DNA from: Chlorokybus atmophyticus
Lineage: Eukaryota; Plantae; Mesostigma and Chlorokybus algae
Direction: 5' to 3'
NCBI GenBank assembly: GCA_009103225.1
Contig: RHPI01002161.1
Span: forward strand, 107,401-171,400
DNA length: 64,000 bases
The notes below the pieces were generated by a model. The model had not been told where the DNA came from. It searched no databases and was given only the letters and a program-made list of their open reading frames with translations. Shown here in pieces: positions 13,875 to 23,575 of this stretch (positions are counted from its first letter, which is position 1; every line of letters starts with the position of its first letter). Made by a program: the position numbers and the translations under genes.

Positions 13875-14717
13875 ACACTGCTAGGTTCAGGATACAATCC
13901 GGTTACTCAGAATAAGTGAGCTGGTATAGGCATACTTACTATAGCCGATCAGTTCTGCAGCCAGGCATCGCTACCTGTCAGCAGGTGGGTGAGTCTTCTG
14001 TAACACTTGAAGTACAGGATACACGCCCTGATTGGGCAAGTAGCTTGAGCGCAGGTGGAAAGACAGGCAGTTCTGGGTGCACAAGTTGGTAGCTAAGCAG
14101 GTACTCATAGAACTTGCAAGCGAGCAGGTAATTGGCATTGTGGTTGCGAGTGCTCCCAAGCATTGTTGCAAGTGGCTTTTTCAGCACGGAGCCTTTACAC
14201 ACGTGAAGCCTCCTTGATTGCGTAGGTATTTATTCACACATGGATTTCAAAGCAGCTTTATTGTACAGTGTTTTTGATAATGAGTGTACTACTTGAACTT
14301 ATCAAGGACATATAAGCTGCACTCAAAATCCATGTATGCTCACCATCGTTTTGATATCATCACACCATGAGCCTCATCAACCGTCTGCTATCAGTCAAGT
14401 GCACAACGCCGCAAGACAAACTGTGCGGATGCATGAGAGGTAGAGATTGTAACATGCTTGTGATCGCGAAGCACTACTCGGTGACAGTTGCTTCGCATCC
14501 GTCATGTAATGTCTACAAAAGATGGAGTGCTGATAAGTGCGTACATGCAGCCCGTACTCACACCCGCGCACGCGCGTGAAAACTGCACGTGTGGTGTAGG
14601 CGTGTGCGTGCATGCATGCACCCGCACATGCGAGTGCAAATAGAAAAGGCACCATTGCATAGGGTATGAGTCATATTTGCAAGAATGCAAGCGAGCATGC
14701 AGCAAGCATCGCGTGTG

Positions 14718-15280
14718 TACATAGGGTAAAGGAGAGGGGCCCCCAGTAGCAGCAGCCACAAGCACACCAGCAAGCACACGAGCCAACACGTATGCACAGC
14801 AGGAGTGGTAGAACACTAGAATTTACAATTACACACACACGGCCGCACAGCGCATGCCCAAGACAGGCGCGCTCAGCTAGTAAGTAATTCACCCAATGTC
14901 ATACTCCTTCCCACCAGCACAAGCATCATCTCATCACGCACAACCAGCAGTTTACTTTAACAACAACAACAAACCCTAAAGCTAAGGGGGCTGGCTAGCT
15001 TGGTGCACGCCAACCAACCAGGAACGACGCCGACAGCAGGCGCAGCTGTATCTGCAAAGCGGAAGGTAGGTAGGCACAGAGGGAGAGGAGGAGGAAGACG
15101 TTAGGCCCTGACTCGACTGACCAGAACCATAACCACAACCACACAACCAGCCCCCACGCCGCTCGTGGCTTGCTGGAGTGATATAGTCCTGTCACAACTC
15201 ACAACGCAACCATGGCTGCAGGCCATTGGCATAGTTGTTACACATAGCCGCTAGGCACACATAGCCGTTAGGCACAAGTC
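14718..15280. repeat. Direct repeat copy (PLE 3' pseudo-LTR)
   Basis: Colinear with 27508-28070; both share GGCACAGAGGGAGAGGAGGAGGAAGACGTTAGGCC and ATATAGTCCTGTCACAACTCACAACGCAAC. Confidence 0.85.
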
Positions 15281-16260
15281 GTAGAATAAAGCGGGCACGA
15301 AGTGCTCCCCACCGTTGTGTGCATACATGCATACTTACCTCACTTACCCAGCGATTGCCCTGTTCAACCCACGTAAGGTGTTGCTGAAGCGGATGCAATT
15401 GCCTGAAACAAGTGCCTGTAAGTGCCATCAAACACAACTCCAGGCCTGGACCACAGCACAGCACGCAAACGAGACAGCAAAATTCTTCTGTTGTAGCCCA
15501 TGGCCTGTATATCGTCCAGAAGACGTGTGATTTTCTCCAAGAGATGAGCACGATATGTGGATGTCCTGAGGAGCCTAAAGCATTGCGACACAACCATAAT
15601 CTGCTTCGTTGCGCGCGCTATGTTAAAGCTGGGTGTGGTGCTCGCATGGTAGGCACCCCAACAAATGCTGGTTCCCTCCGCTTACGGTACAAGCGCGTCA
15701 CCAATATCAGGTGTTTGGAACACAAGCATGTCCAAATATGGCAGCTGTACTCCATGTGCTGTCATGGCCAATATCAACATGTTTGGTGGATAGATCCCTC
15801 TTGCTGAAGCGATATTCAACTTGTACAACACGTCCGCGAAGTCAGGATTACCAACAACCAGTAGATATTCAACAGAGCGGACAATGCCTCTAGCATAGTG
15901 CACGAACACAAGACGAGGTACCAAAGGCTTGTATACCCGTGACCAGTCCAGCTCCTAGCTTGTGAGGAAGTCGTTTGTTAGGTAGACCCCTGCGCTATTG
16001 CCCATGGGAATCCTAATAACTTGTTTGTACCACCTGTCCGCTGCAGTTCGCACATACAAGTTACCAACCACGTAGGTCAGTAAAGCATGCAACCCCTTAG
16101 CAGTGAACACTCTGGTTTGCCCCTCAACAATGATGGTGTGTCCTATTGCGCATCTATGGGACACAATGCTATTTAGCACAGTAATGTGCGGAGTGTTAGC
16201 ACAAATGGTGATGTGCATGTAATCAAACGCAGCATCAATCACACTCTGCATACATCGCAA
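15192..16260 (-). pseudogene. PLE reverse transcriptase C-terminal half, with frameshifts and stops
   Basis: WYKQVIRIPMGNSAGVYLTN (motif B-like), RSVEYLLVVGNP (degenerate YxDD region), LPYLDM and thumb-like IQAMGYNRRILL. Confidence 0.8.
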
Positions 16261-16711
16261 ATTTACACGGTGGCTGACAAGGGACTGAGGGACTGACGGG
16301 TGCCTGACCCTGACTGATCCTACCTGACGTAACGGATTGGTCCATAAAGGGACTTTTTAAGACGGCCGTTATTGCTAAGCAACATATACCGACGGCAAGC
16401 GGTCGGCCGATGGGTACAATCGACGGCGGCCTACCTATAACGGCGACACCGCACTTTAAGGTGACGGCCGATTGTCGGTCGTCCCATTTGCGCGATGGCG
16501 ACCTATCTGTATAGCAAATAAGTCACGTTTTGGTCACATACAGTGACAGCCGACCGTCGGTTGTACCCTAATCGTCGGAAAGTATGCGTGACGGCCTGCC
16601 TACTATGGCAAGCCAGTCACCGTTAGTCGCTATCAGGTGACCTTATCGCATTCATTAAGTGACGGCCGACCGCCGGTCGTGCACTTAACGCGGCGACGAC
16701 CTAACGGTTAT

Positions 16712-17050
16712 TGTCAGGAGAGAGGGTGTGCCCCTCCTCCCTTTAATCCCCTACCCCAACACCACCACCAGCCTCGCCGCCGCCGCCGCCACTGCCGGGG
16801 CAGTTGCCAGAGCAAAAGATGCTCTGGCTATGGCGGCCGCTGCGTTAGCAGCGCCGCCATGCAGCTGATATCAACATGAGACTCATGTCTCATGTCGATA
16901 TCAGTGTTATAGTTAAGTAACACTACATTAGGGCCTTAACACTAGGTTAACGACCCTAATAAGGCTTAATAGGCTGTATAATCCCGTTGGGACCCTTATT
17001 TAATCCTAAATAAGGGCGGGGAACCTCTATGGAGGTAGCACACCGTTACA
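16712..17050 (-). repeat. 3' LTR (339 bp)
   Basis: Matches 23237-23575, with one substitution seen by eye. Confidence 0.97.
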
Positions 17051-17065
17051 TTCCCCCCCACTTAG
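17051..17065 (-). other. Polypurine tract
   Basis: Minus strand AAGTGGGGGGGAA immediately precedes the TGTAAC LTR start. Confidence 0.85.
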
Positions 17066-17172
17066 GTTTTAATGTCCTCATTGAAGGGTTAGCAAAGCCC
17101 CATCACGAGTCACAAAACGAAAGCAGTGAGAGAACCAGGGCCGAAGCGGTAAAGATGTCTGCCAGCACCCTT

Positions 17173-20100
17173 TTACCGTTCGCGTGTGGACACAGTACTC
17201 CAGTACCCCCGAAGAACCTCTTGGCAGTTGGTAAGATTCCTTTCGGGCTCCCATGTATTGTGTTCAACACCATACCCTTTCCATTTCACCAAGTAGGACG
17301 GCGCGCGTCCGCGTCGAGGCTTACGGTGACTTAGGATTGCTTCCACCTCATACTCAAATGTATTGTCACCATCCACTGCGACTGGGGGTGGAGGAGGTTG
17401 AACCCGACCGTCTGATCGGTACGGTTTCAGTACACTCACATGAAACACATTGTGAATTCGTATCGACATTGGTAAATCCAAACGATACGCGTGAGTGCCG
17501 ACCCGATCAATCACTTTGAAAGGGCCTATCCAACGAGGGAAAAATTTACGGGTACCCACTCCCTTGATGGATATATTTTTGGTACTCAAAAGTACTGAAC
17601 AGCCCACATCGTAGCTGGCCTCCCTACGATGCGCATCAGCATGGGCTTTTTGTCTATCTTGCGCTGCGCGCAGACAGTGCTTTGCCAACGCTAACCTATC
17701 CTGCATGGCCGAAGCCATCTCGCGCGCTGCAGGTACGCGAGTCACGTCAGTAGCGGGCAACTTAATGTTCGCAGGACTTAGTGGATGCACTCCGTAATTC
17801 AAGAAGAACGGAGTCTCCTGCACACTCTCTTGCCATGCATTATTGATCGCAAATTCAGCCATTGGGAGATAAATATCCCAATCACTCTGATTCGGGCTCA
17901 CATAATGCCGGATGGTTTCCTCAATCGCTTGATTGGCGCGTTCTGTTTGACCATCCGTCTGTGGATGGTAAGCAGTGCTCACGTTCTGCTGAATGTGTAA
18001 GAAGCTGCATAGCGACTTCCAAAACTGAGCCACAAATCGCGGATCGCGATCTGACACGAAGTTGCGGGGCAAGCCATGCAACTTGAACACAGACGCGACA
18101 AAAACCATCGCCAACTCACGGGAGCCTATCTCCGTGCGACAAGGGACAATGTGGACCATTTTTGTTAAACGATCCACGAAAACTGCAACCGCAGTGTGAC
18201 CTAATGCTGTCTCTGGGAGCTCAGTAATTAAGTCCATACTCACACTTTCCCATTTGCCATCAGGAACAGGCAAAGGTCGCAGCAACCCAGCGGGTTTCTG
18301 ACGTAACGGCTTGTCACGCTGACATTTGTCACAGGTGTCAACATAACGCTTTACGTCAACAGGCAACGATGGCCACCAGTACAGCTGTTGCGCTGCCTTG
18401 GTAGTCTTGCGATTTCCAAAGTGCCCAGCGTACGGTGGGTCGTGTACATCAGCTATGCATTGCATGCGTAGCCCAGCATGGTCAGGTATCACCAAGCTAG
18501 CACCCATATAATACAAGTTGTCTCGTGCTTCAAGCTGTTGTATATTCTCTTGCCGTGAGAACCATGGGTCTAAGGAATACCCATGCAAAACAGATTGCAC
18601 AAATGCATCATTAGCGGGCAATGTAACTTGCGTCGCAAGCAATTGCGCACGCATAACTGCCAATAATGACGGACAGCGACTTAAAGGATCTGCCACATTA
18701 GTTCTGCCAGGCCGATATACCCATTCAAAAGTAAATCGCGACAGAAACTCATTCCAGCGAGCTTGCCTACGTGACAAGGTCAGCTGCGTTGAGAAGTATA
18801 CTAATGGGTTGTGATCAGTCACCACTGTGAACTGAACTCCCTCTAAGTAACATCGCCAAGTTTCGAGAGCATGTACGACACCAAGCAACTCTTGCTCAGT
18901 AGTAGTGTAGTTTACCTCCGCTGGGATAAACTTCCTACTTTCATAAGCACATGGTCTGCCGTCTTGCAGTAGTACTGCACCACACCCAAGGGTGGAAGCA
19001 TCACTGACCACAGTGAAATGTTTATCCCAATTTGGCAATGCCAATTCTGGAGCTGAAGTTAATGCTAACTTCACTTGTTGCATAGCAGCTTCTTGGTCTG
19101 ACGTCCAAGAAAATGGCGCGTCTTTTCGCAACAATTTAGTCAAGGGCATTACAACTGTAGAATAGCCCATCATAAATTTGCGAAAATAATTTGCCAATCC
19201 CAAAAATGATCTCAGTTGATGAATATTTTTGGGTTGAGGCCAATTCTTGACAACTTGCACCTTGCGAGGGTCAGGCTTTACACCCGCACCACTCACAACA
19301 TGTCCCAAGAATGGTAACTCCGATTTGCAAAAGTCACATTTTGCAAGGCTGGCAAATAAATGATGCTTCCGCAACAAAGTAAACACCGCTTCTAAGTGTT
19401 GCTTATGTTCCTCTTTGGTTTTACTAAAGACAATAATGTCATCCAAGTAAACCATAACATACTTGCCAAGTATATTACCGAAAATTTTATTCATTTCCTT
19501 CTGAAACACAGCAGGCGCATTCGTCAATCCAAAGGGTAGCACTTTGTATTGATAATGGCCCGAAGGTGTTCTGAAAGCTGTCTTATAGACATCAGCGGAA
19601 TGAATTCGGATCTGATGATATCCACTTGTCAGGTCTAATGTACTGAAGTATGCATTACCTGATAGTTTATCAAACACGTCATCAATCCGTGGCAACGGGT
19701 ATCGATTTTTCACCGTGATTTTGTTTAAAGCACGATAGTCCACACACATGCGCAATTTTCCATTCTTTTTCATCACAAATAGGATGGGTGCGCCAAAGGG
19801 TGAAGAACTTGGTTCAATCAATCCTTTTTCCAATAACTCCTTGATTTGTGTTTCCATTTCCCCCCTTTCTCTAGGGCTTAGCCTATATATTGGCCGAAAA
19901 GGAGGATCACTATCAGGAATTAATGGTACAGTGTGTCCGACACCTCGGTCAGGAGGCAAGCCCGGCAACTCATCTGAGAACACATCTTGATATTCCTCAA
20001 TGAGGTTTGCCACACCTTCAGTACTACCCGGCGCAATGTCATCTGATGAAGACAAATGTACCAGAAAAGCCGGTGTGTTTTTGCGCAACGCACGTTTCAC

Positions 20101-20943
20101 CTGTAGTGCCGTGAGTAACGCAGGGTCGGGTTGCTTGAATTCCAAGCTATGCGACCCTTTCACAGACAATGTAATCCGCTTACCGCCTTTCTTTACTGTG
20201 CACAAGCGTGCACCCGTATCCAATGTCATTGTGACATTATTTTGCCATTCTTGGCCTAGTACCACATCAACACCAGATATGTTGATTGCTACTACTATAA
20301 AGGCAAGATTGGCATAATAATTACCAATTTTAACCTTCAATTTTACTTCTCCCGTCACTGGCAATGTACCCCCAGCACCGGCAGCCGAAAATGCTGAGGG
20401 TTTGCGCATGATTTTATTGCGCGCAACCCATTGCTCGTCCACGAAGTTGTGTGTCGCACCAGTGTCAATCAAAAACGAGCTATTCACACCTTGCATTGTG
20501 CCACTGAATGTCCACAACAAAGGTACCACTCGTCCTTGAAAGGTAGCCAAGAATCCGTGACTAATGCGGGGGTTGATTAATATTGCTGATAATCGAATTG
20601 TCCCAGTCTCGCGCTTGGTGAATTGTTTTAAAACAGTACCCCCTCGAGTATACTTCAACCATGGGCCATGATATTTTGGCACCATTGCTACCACACTCAG
20701 GGATCTGTGTTTACATTGCAATTCACTCAATGTGTGCAACACGTCGGTAAGCATGTTAAATTTCACATGTACCAGTACACAAGTATTTGCTTCCACTGTT
20801 GCAACATCAAACAGTGGTAACTTGTGATGTGTTTGCCATGCATGCGTCATTACATGCATTTGAGACAGATTATCAAACCAGTTAACTGCTTGTATCTCAA
20901 GCAACTGACTATCAACCTTTGCTACATCAGCCACAGCGTAATC
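17173..20943 (-). CDS. pol: Pol: N-terminal extra domain, aspartic protease, RT, RNase H, integrase, chromodomain
   Basis: FLIDTGATHNFV; LRMCVDYRALN, YLDDII; SDAS...ELLGVV; HDPPYAGH...CDKC, VSMD, SDRD, GQTERAN; YEVEAIL...YLVKWKGYGVEHNTWEP. Uninterrupted 1253-aa frame with no ATG at its start. Confidence 0.97.
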   Translation of the reverse strand, partial: DYAVADVAKVDSQLLEIQAVNWFDNLSQMHVMTHAWQTHHKLPLFDVATVEANTCVLVHVKFNMLTDVLHTLSELQCKHRSLSVVAMVPKYHGPWLKYTRGGTVLKQFTKRETGTIRLSAILINPRISHGFLATFQGRVVPLLWTFSGTMQGVNSSFLIDTGATHNFVDEQWVARNKIMRKPSAFSAAGAGGTLPVTGEVKLKVKIGNYYANLAFIVVAINISGVDVVLGQEWQNNVTMTLDTGARLCTVKKGGKRITLSVKGSHSLEFKQPDPALLTALQVKRALRKNTPAFLVHLSSSDDIAPGSTEGVANLIEEYQDVFSDELPGLPPDRGVGHTVPLIPDSDPPFRPIYRLSPRERGEMETQIKELLEKGLIEPSSSPFGAPILFVMKKNGKLRMCVDYRALNKITVKNRYPLPRIDDVFDKLSGNAYFSTLDLTSGYHQIRIHSADVYKTAFRTPSGHYQYKVLPFGLTNAPAVFQKEMNKIFGNILGKYVMVYLDDIIVFSKTKEEHKQHLEAVFTLLRKHHLFASLAKCDFCKSELPFLGHVVSGAGVKPDPRKVQVVKNWPQPKNIHQLRSFLGLANYFRKFMMGYSTVVMPLTKLLRKDAPFSWTSDQEAAMQQVKLALTSAPELALPNWDKHFTVVSDASTLGCGAVLLQDGRPCAYESRKFIPAEVNYTTTEQELLGVVHALETWRCYLEGVQFTVVTDHNPLVYFSTQLTLSRRQARWNEFLSRFTFEWVYRPGRTNVADPLSRCPSLLAVMRAQLLATQVTLPANDAFVQSVLHGYSLDPWFSRQENIQQLEARDNLYYMGASLVIPDHAGLRMQCIADVHDPPYAGHFGNRKTTKAAQQLYWWPSLPVDVKRYVDTCDKCQRDKPLRQKPAGLLRPLPVPDGKWESVSMDLITELPETALGHTAVAVFVDRLTKMVHIVPCRTEIGSRELAMVFVASVFKLHGLPRNFVSDRDPRFVAQFWKSLCSFLHIQQNVSTAYHPQTDGQTERANQAIEETIRHYVSPNQSDWDIYLPMAEFAINNAWQESVQETPFFLNYGVHPLSPANIKLPATDVTRVPAAREMASAMQDRLALAKHCLRAAQDRQKAHADAHRREASYDVGCSVLLSTKNISIKGVGTRKFFPRWIGPFKVIDRVGTHAYRLDLPMSIRIHNVFHVSVLKPYRSDGRVQPPPPPVAVDGDNTFEYEVEAILSHRKPRRGRAPSYLVKWKGYGVEHNTWEPERNLTNCQEVLRGYWSTVSTRER

Positions 20944-22449
20944 CTATTCAACCTTCTTGGCTTTGCCCTTCGCCTTCGTAGGACAGGCCTTTGCAACGTG
21001 ACCCGGCTGATGGCAGATGAAACAGGTGCGAGCTGCAGTAGGTGCATTACCAGCAGACGTACCACCAATTCGAGGAGCGAATGTCTTCGCTTTCTTCGCC
21101 ACATGTACACTCGGCGGAGGATAGCGCTTTATTCCCCCCCCTTGCGGCTTGGCCATAGCTGTCACGTTCGACTTTTCCTGCACGACCGTGTCATCATTGT
21201 ACAGGTAAACACTTAGCTTTTGCAGCTTGGCCAAGTCATCAGGAACCCAAGGAAGCCCCGTTGCAGTGTTGTACTGCAGCTGATCGCGAACACGCGCATC
21301 CAAGCCACGCTTGTACAACTCGAACTGCTCAGCTTTGTCCATAGGCATCAGGCCGCTATTGGCACGACCAACTAATGCTTGGAACTCCTGCAGATACACT
21401 GATGCTGCTCGACCATTCTGTCGCAACTTGCTAAGTTTGTTACGAGCCTGAGTAGCCGGATCCATGCCACCATAGCGCTCCATCAGAAACTGAAACAGTG
21501 CTGGTACTGTCTTCACAGCGCCATGCTCTGTTTGTCGTGCCCACTCGGCGAGAGCATCAGATGGCATAAGCAACTCAGCAACGGCAACGTGCTCACCCAC
21601 CGGGCGCTTTAGCGCTGTCAGGTAATGTTCGACAGTCACCACCCAATCATGGATACTTACACTACCGTTAGGCTTGAACTTTTCAGGTTTGTTCAATGCC
21701 GTAACCGGCAGCCCCACTGATGCGCCAACTGATGAAGCAGCACCCGCTACTTGCTGACGCAGCGCCATCAACTCAGATTGCATCGCATCGAGGCGTGCCT
21801 CCAACTTCACTCGGCCAGCCAACTTATTTTCCAAGTTAGGTCCCAAGTACCAGAACACATCCTTGCAACGCTGCTGCGTTTCAACCATCAAGTTGGCTAA
21901 GGCCTCAAACGCCATCCGCTTCCCTTCGTATGGGAGCGGCCTATCGTAGACGGCCATCAGAGCAGCCACTTTTGGATCACCACGCACGAGTGGCGGAACA
22001 TTGTTCGTCAACTCGTGCTCAATCATGCGGATCACCATCTCCTTACTAGTGCGAGGGAGAGTGGCAAAATCTGTTTCATAGCCATTACGAACCTTCTGCG
22101 CCCATGCATCCCACACTTCTTGACGAAGCTGCGGGTGGGCGTCAAGTAAAGTCTTGCGCTCGCGCGCATACTTTTCAATGGCTCCGCCAATGACACTCGG
22201 TGTGTCCATTACAGCTGGCTCACTGTGGGTAGACAGGTCGGGGGAAGCTTCGCTATCTTGCTTAGCCTCTTCTTCCTTGTCACTGTCAGTGAGCTTATAG
22301 CTCTCACTCGTGTCCGAGTCCCTCACTTTGTCATCACTGGATGGCTCATATGAGGATGATGAATCAGGGACGGTGAAGTACTTTTCACCTCCCTCTCCTT
22401 GGTCAGACATCTGCCCAAGGATAACACTGTTCAAATAGTGCACAAACAC
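20944..22449 (-). CDS. gag: Gag with acidic N-terminal extension and CCHC zinc knuckle
   Basis: KPEKF...W...VEHYL, ARNKLSKLRQ...VYLQEF, F..GL; CFICHQPGHVAKAC; ends in TAG. Confidence 0.92.
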   Translation of the reverse strand: MFVHYLNSVILGQMSDQGEGGEKYFTVPDSSSSYEPSSDDKVRDSDTSESYKLTDSDKEEEAKQDSEASPDLSTHSEPAVMDTPSVIGGAIEKYARERKTLLDAHPQLRQEVWDAWAQKVRNGYETDFATLPRTSKEMVIRMIEHELTNNVPPLVRGDPKVAALMAVYDRPLPYEGKRMAFEALANLMVETQQRCKDVFWYLGPNLENKLAGRVKLEARLDAMQSELMALRQQVAGAASSVGASVGLPVTALNKPEKFKPNGSVSIHDWVVTVEHYLTALKRPVGEHVAVAELLMPSDALAEWARQTEHGAVKTVPALFQFLMERYGGMDPATQARNKLSKLRQNGRAASVYLQEFQALVGRANSGLMPMDKAEQFELYKRGLDARVRDQLQYNTATGLPWVPDDLAKLQKLSVYLYNDDTVVQEKSNVTAMAKPQGGGIKRYPPPSVHVAKKAKTFAPRIGGTSAGNAPTAARTCFICHQPGHVAKACPTKAKGKAKKVE

Positions 22450-23221
22450 GGAAAGTTGTGCACTATGAAAACGTCGAATACTAGTGATTTTGTCCTGTCA
22501 AGTTTGGAGGGGTAAACGTGGAGTATTCAGCCCAAACAAGAGCTCTCCACACACCTCTCAACTAGACAATCACTGTGCAACAAACCGCACGCGAATGCAC
22601 GCGACGGCTCACGAGCTATGGCTGCTCAAAGTTTTCACTTTGTACAACCCAGCTCAACTTACAATCACAATTGACACCCAAAGTGCCAAAATCTCGTTGA
22701 ATCAGCACTACAGGCTGATATCGACAAGTTGTGAGTTGTGAGTTTGATATCGACCGCACAGAAAAATTCTGGCGGCCTCACCGCACTGACTGGCGGTACC
22801 GAGACAGTCGATGTTGCCACCGAACTGCCCCCAAGGGAATTCATCCAAAAAAATAGATAAAAAGCCCTTCACCACCACGAATCCACGTGGTGGTTAGCAC
22901 ACAAAGATTATAGTAAACAATATATGATTACTATGTTATGTGCTTGGATGCAATGCTTCAGGGAGGGGCCGAGATGGCCGCCCCCCCTTCACACAATAAC
23001 AACTAAACTAGGACAAGTTAGGCATGGCATGGCATGGCATGCATAGGCTAGGCTAGGCTAGGCTAGGCACCAGCAGCAGCGTTTAACTACAACAGTTAAA
23101 CCAAACAAAACTTTTAACTACCGCTAGTTTGCCGCCGCAGTGCCGCCTGCCGACGCAGTGCCTGCCGCCGCCCCTGCAGTGCCTGCCGCCTGCCGCCCCT
23201 CCCACAGGCCCCTTGCCGCCC

Positions 23222-23236
23222 GTGCTCCGATACCAA
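23222..23236 (-). other. Primer-binding site, initiator tRNA-Met-like
   Basis: Minus strand TTGGTATCGGAGC directly follows the 5' LTR; the canonical iMet PBS is TGGTATCAGAGC. Confidence 0.85.
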
Positions 23237-23575
23237 TGTCAGGAGAGAGGGTGTGCCCCTCCTCCCTTTAATCCCCTACCCCAACACCACCACCAGCCTC
23301 GCCGCCGCCGCCGCCACTGCCGGGGCAGTTGCCAGAGCAAAAGATGCTCTGGCTATGGCGGCCGCTGCGTTAGCAGCGCCGCCATGCAGCTGATATCCAC
23401 ATGAGACTCATGTCTCATGTCGATATCAGTGTTATAGTTAAGTAACACTACATTAGGGCCTTAACACTAGGTTAACGACCCTAATAAGGCTTAATAGGCT
23501 GTATAATCCCGTTGGGACCCTTATTTAATCCTAAATAAGGGCGGGGAACCTCTATGGAGGTAGCACACCGTTACA
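23237..23575 (-). repeat. 5' LTR (339 bp)
   Basis: Near-identical to 16712-17050. Confidence 0.97.

Larger units (their letters stand above)
16712..23575 (-). mobile_element. Full-length Ty3/Gypsy chromovirus LTR retrotransposon
   Basis: 339-bp TG...CA LTRs, 5-bp TSD GTTAT (16707-16711, 23576-23580), PBS, PPT, gag and PR-RT-RH-IN-chromodomain pol. Confidence 0.98.

Noticed and set aside
14530-14585. CTGATAAG...GAAA hammerhead-like words near the PLE end
   Set aside because: Wrong strand for the element, non-canonical core and no convincing three-stem fold.
20944-20946. TAG-to-Gln code reassignment (as in some ulvophytes) as the explanation for the gag-pol stop
   Set aside because: Host genes here terminate at TAG or TAA (PP2C fusion, GlyRS, GMPPA, GT2, CA, iPGM).
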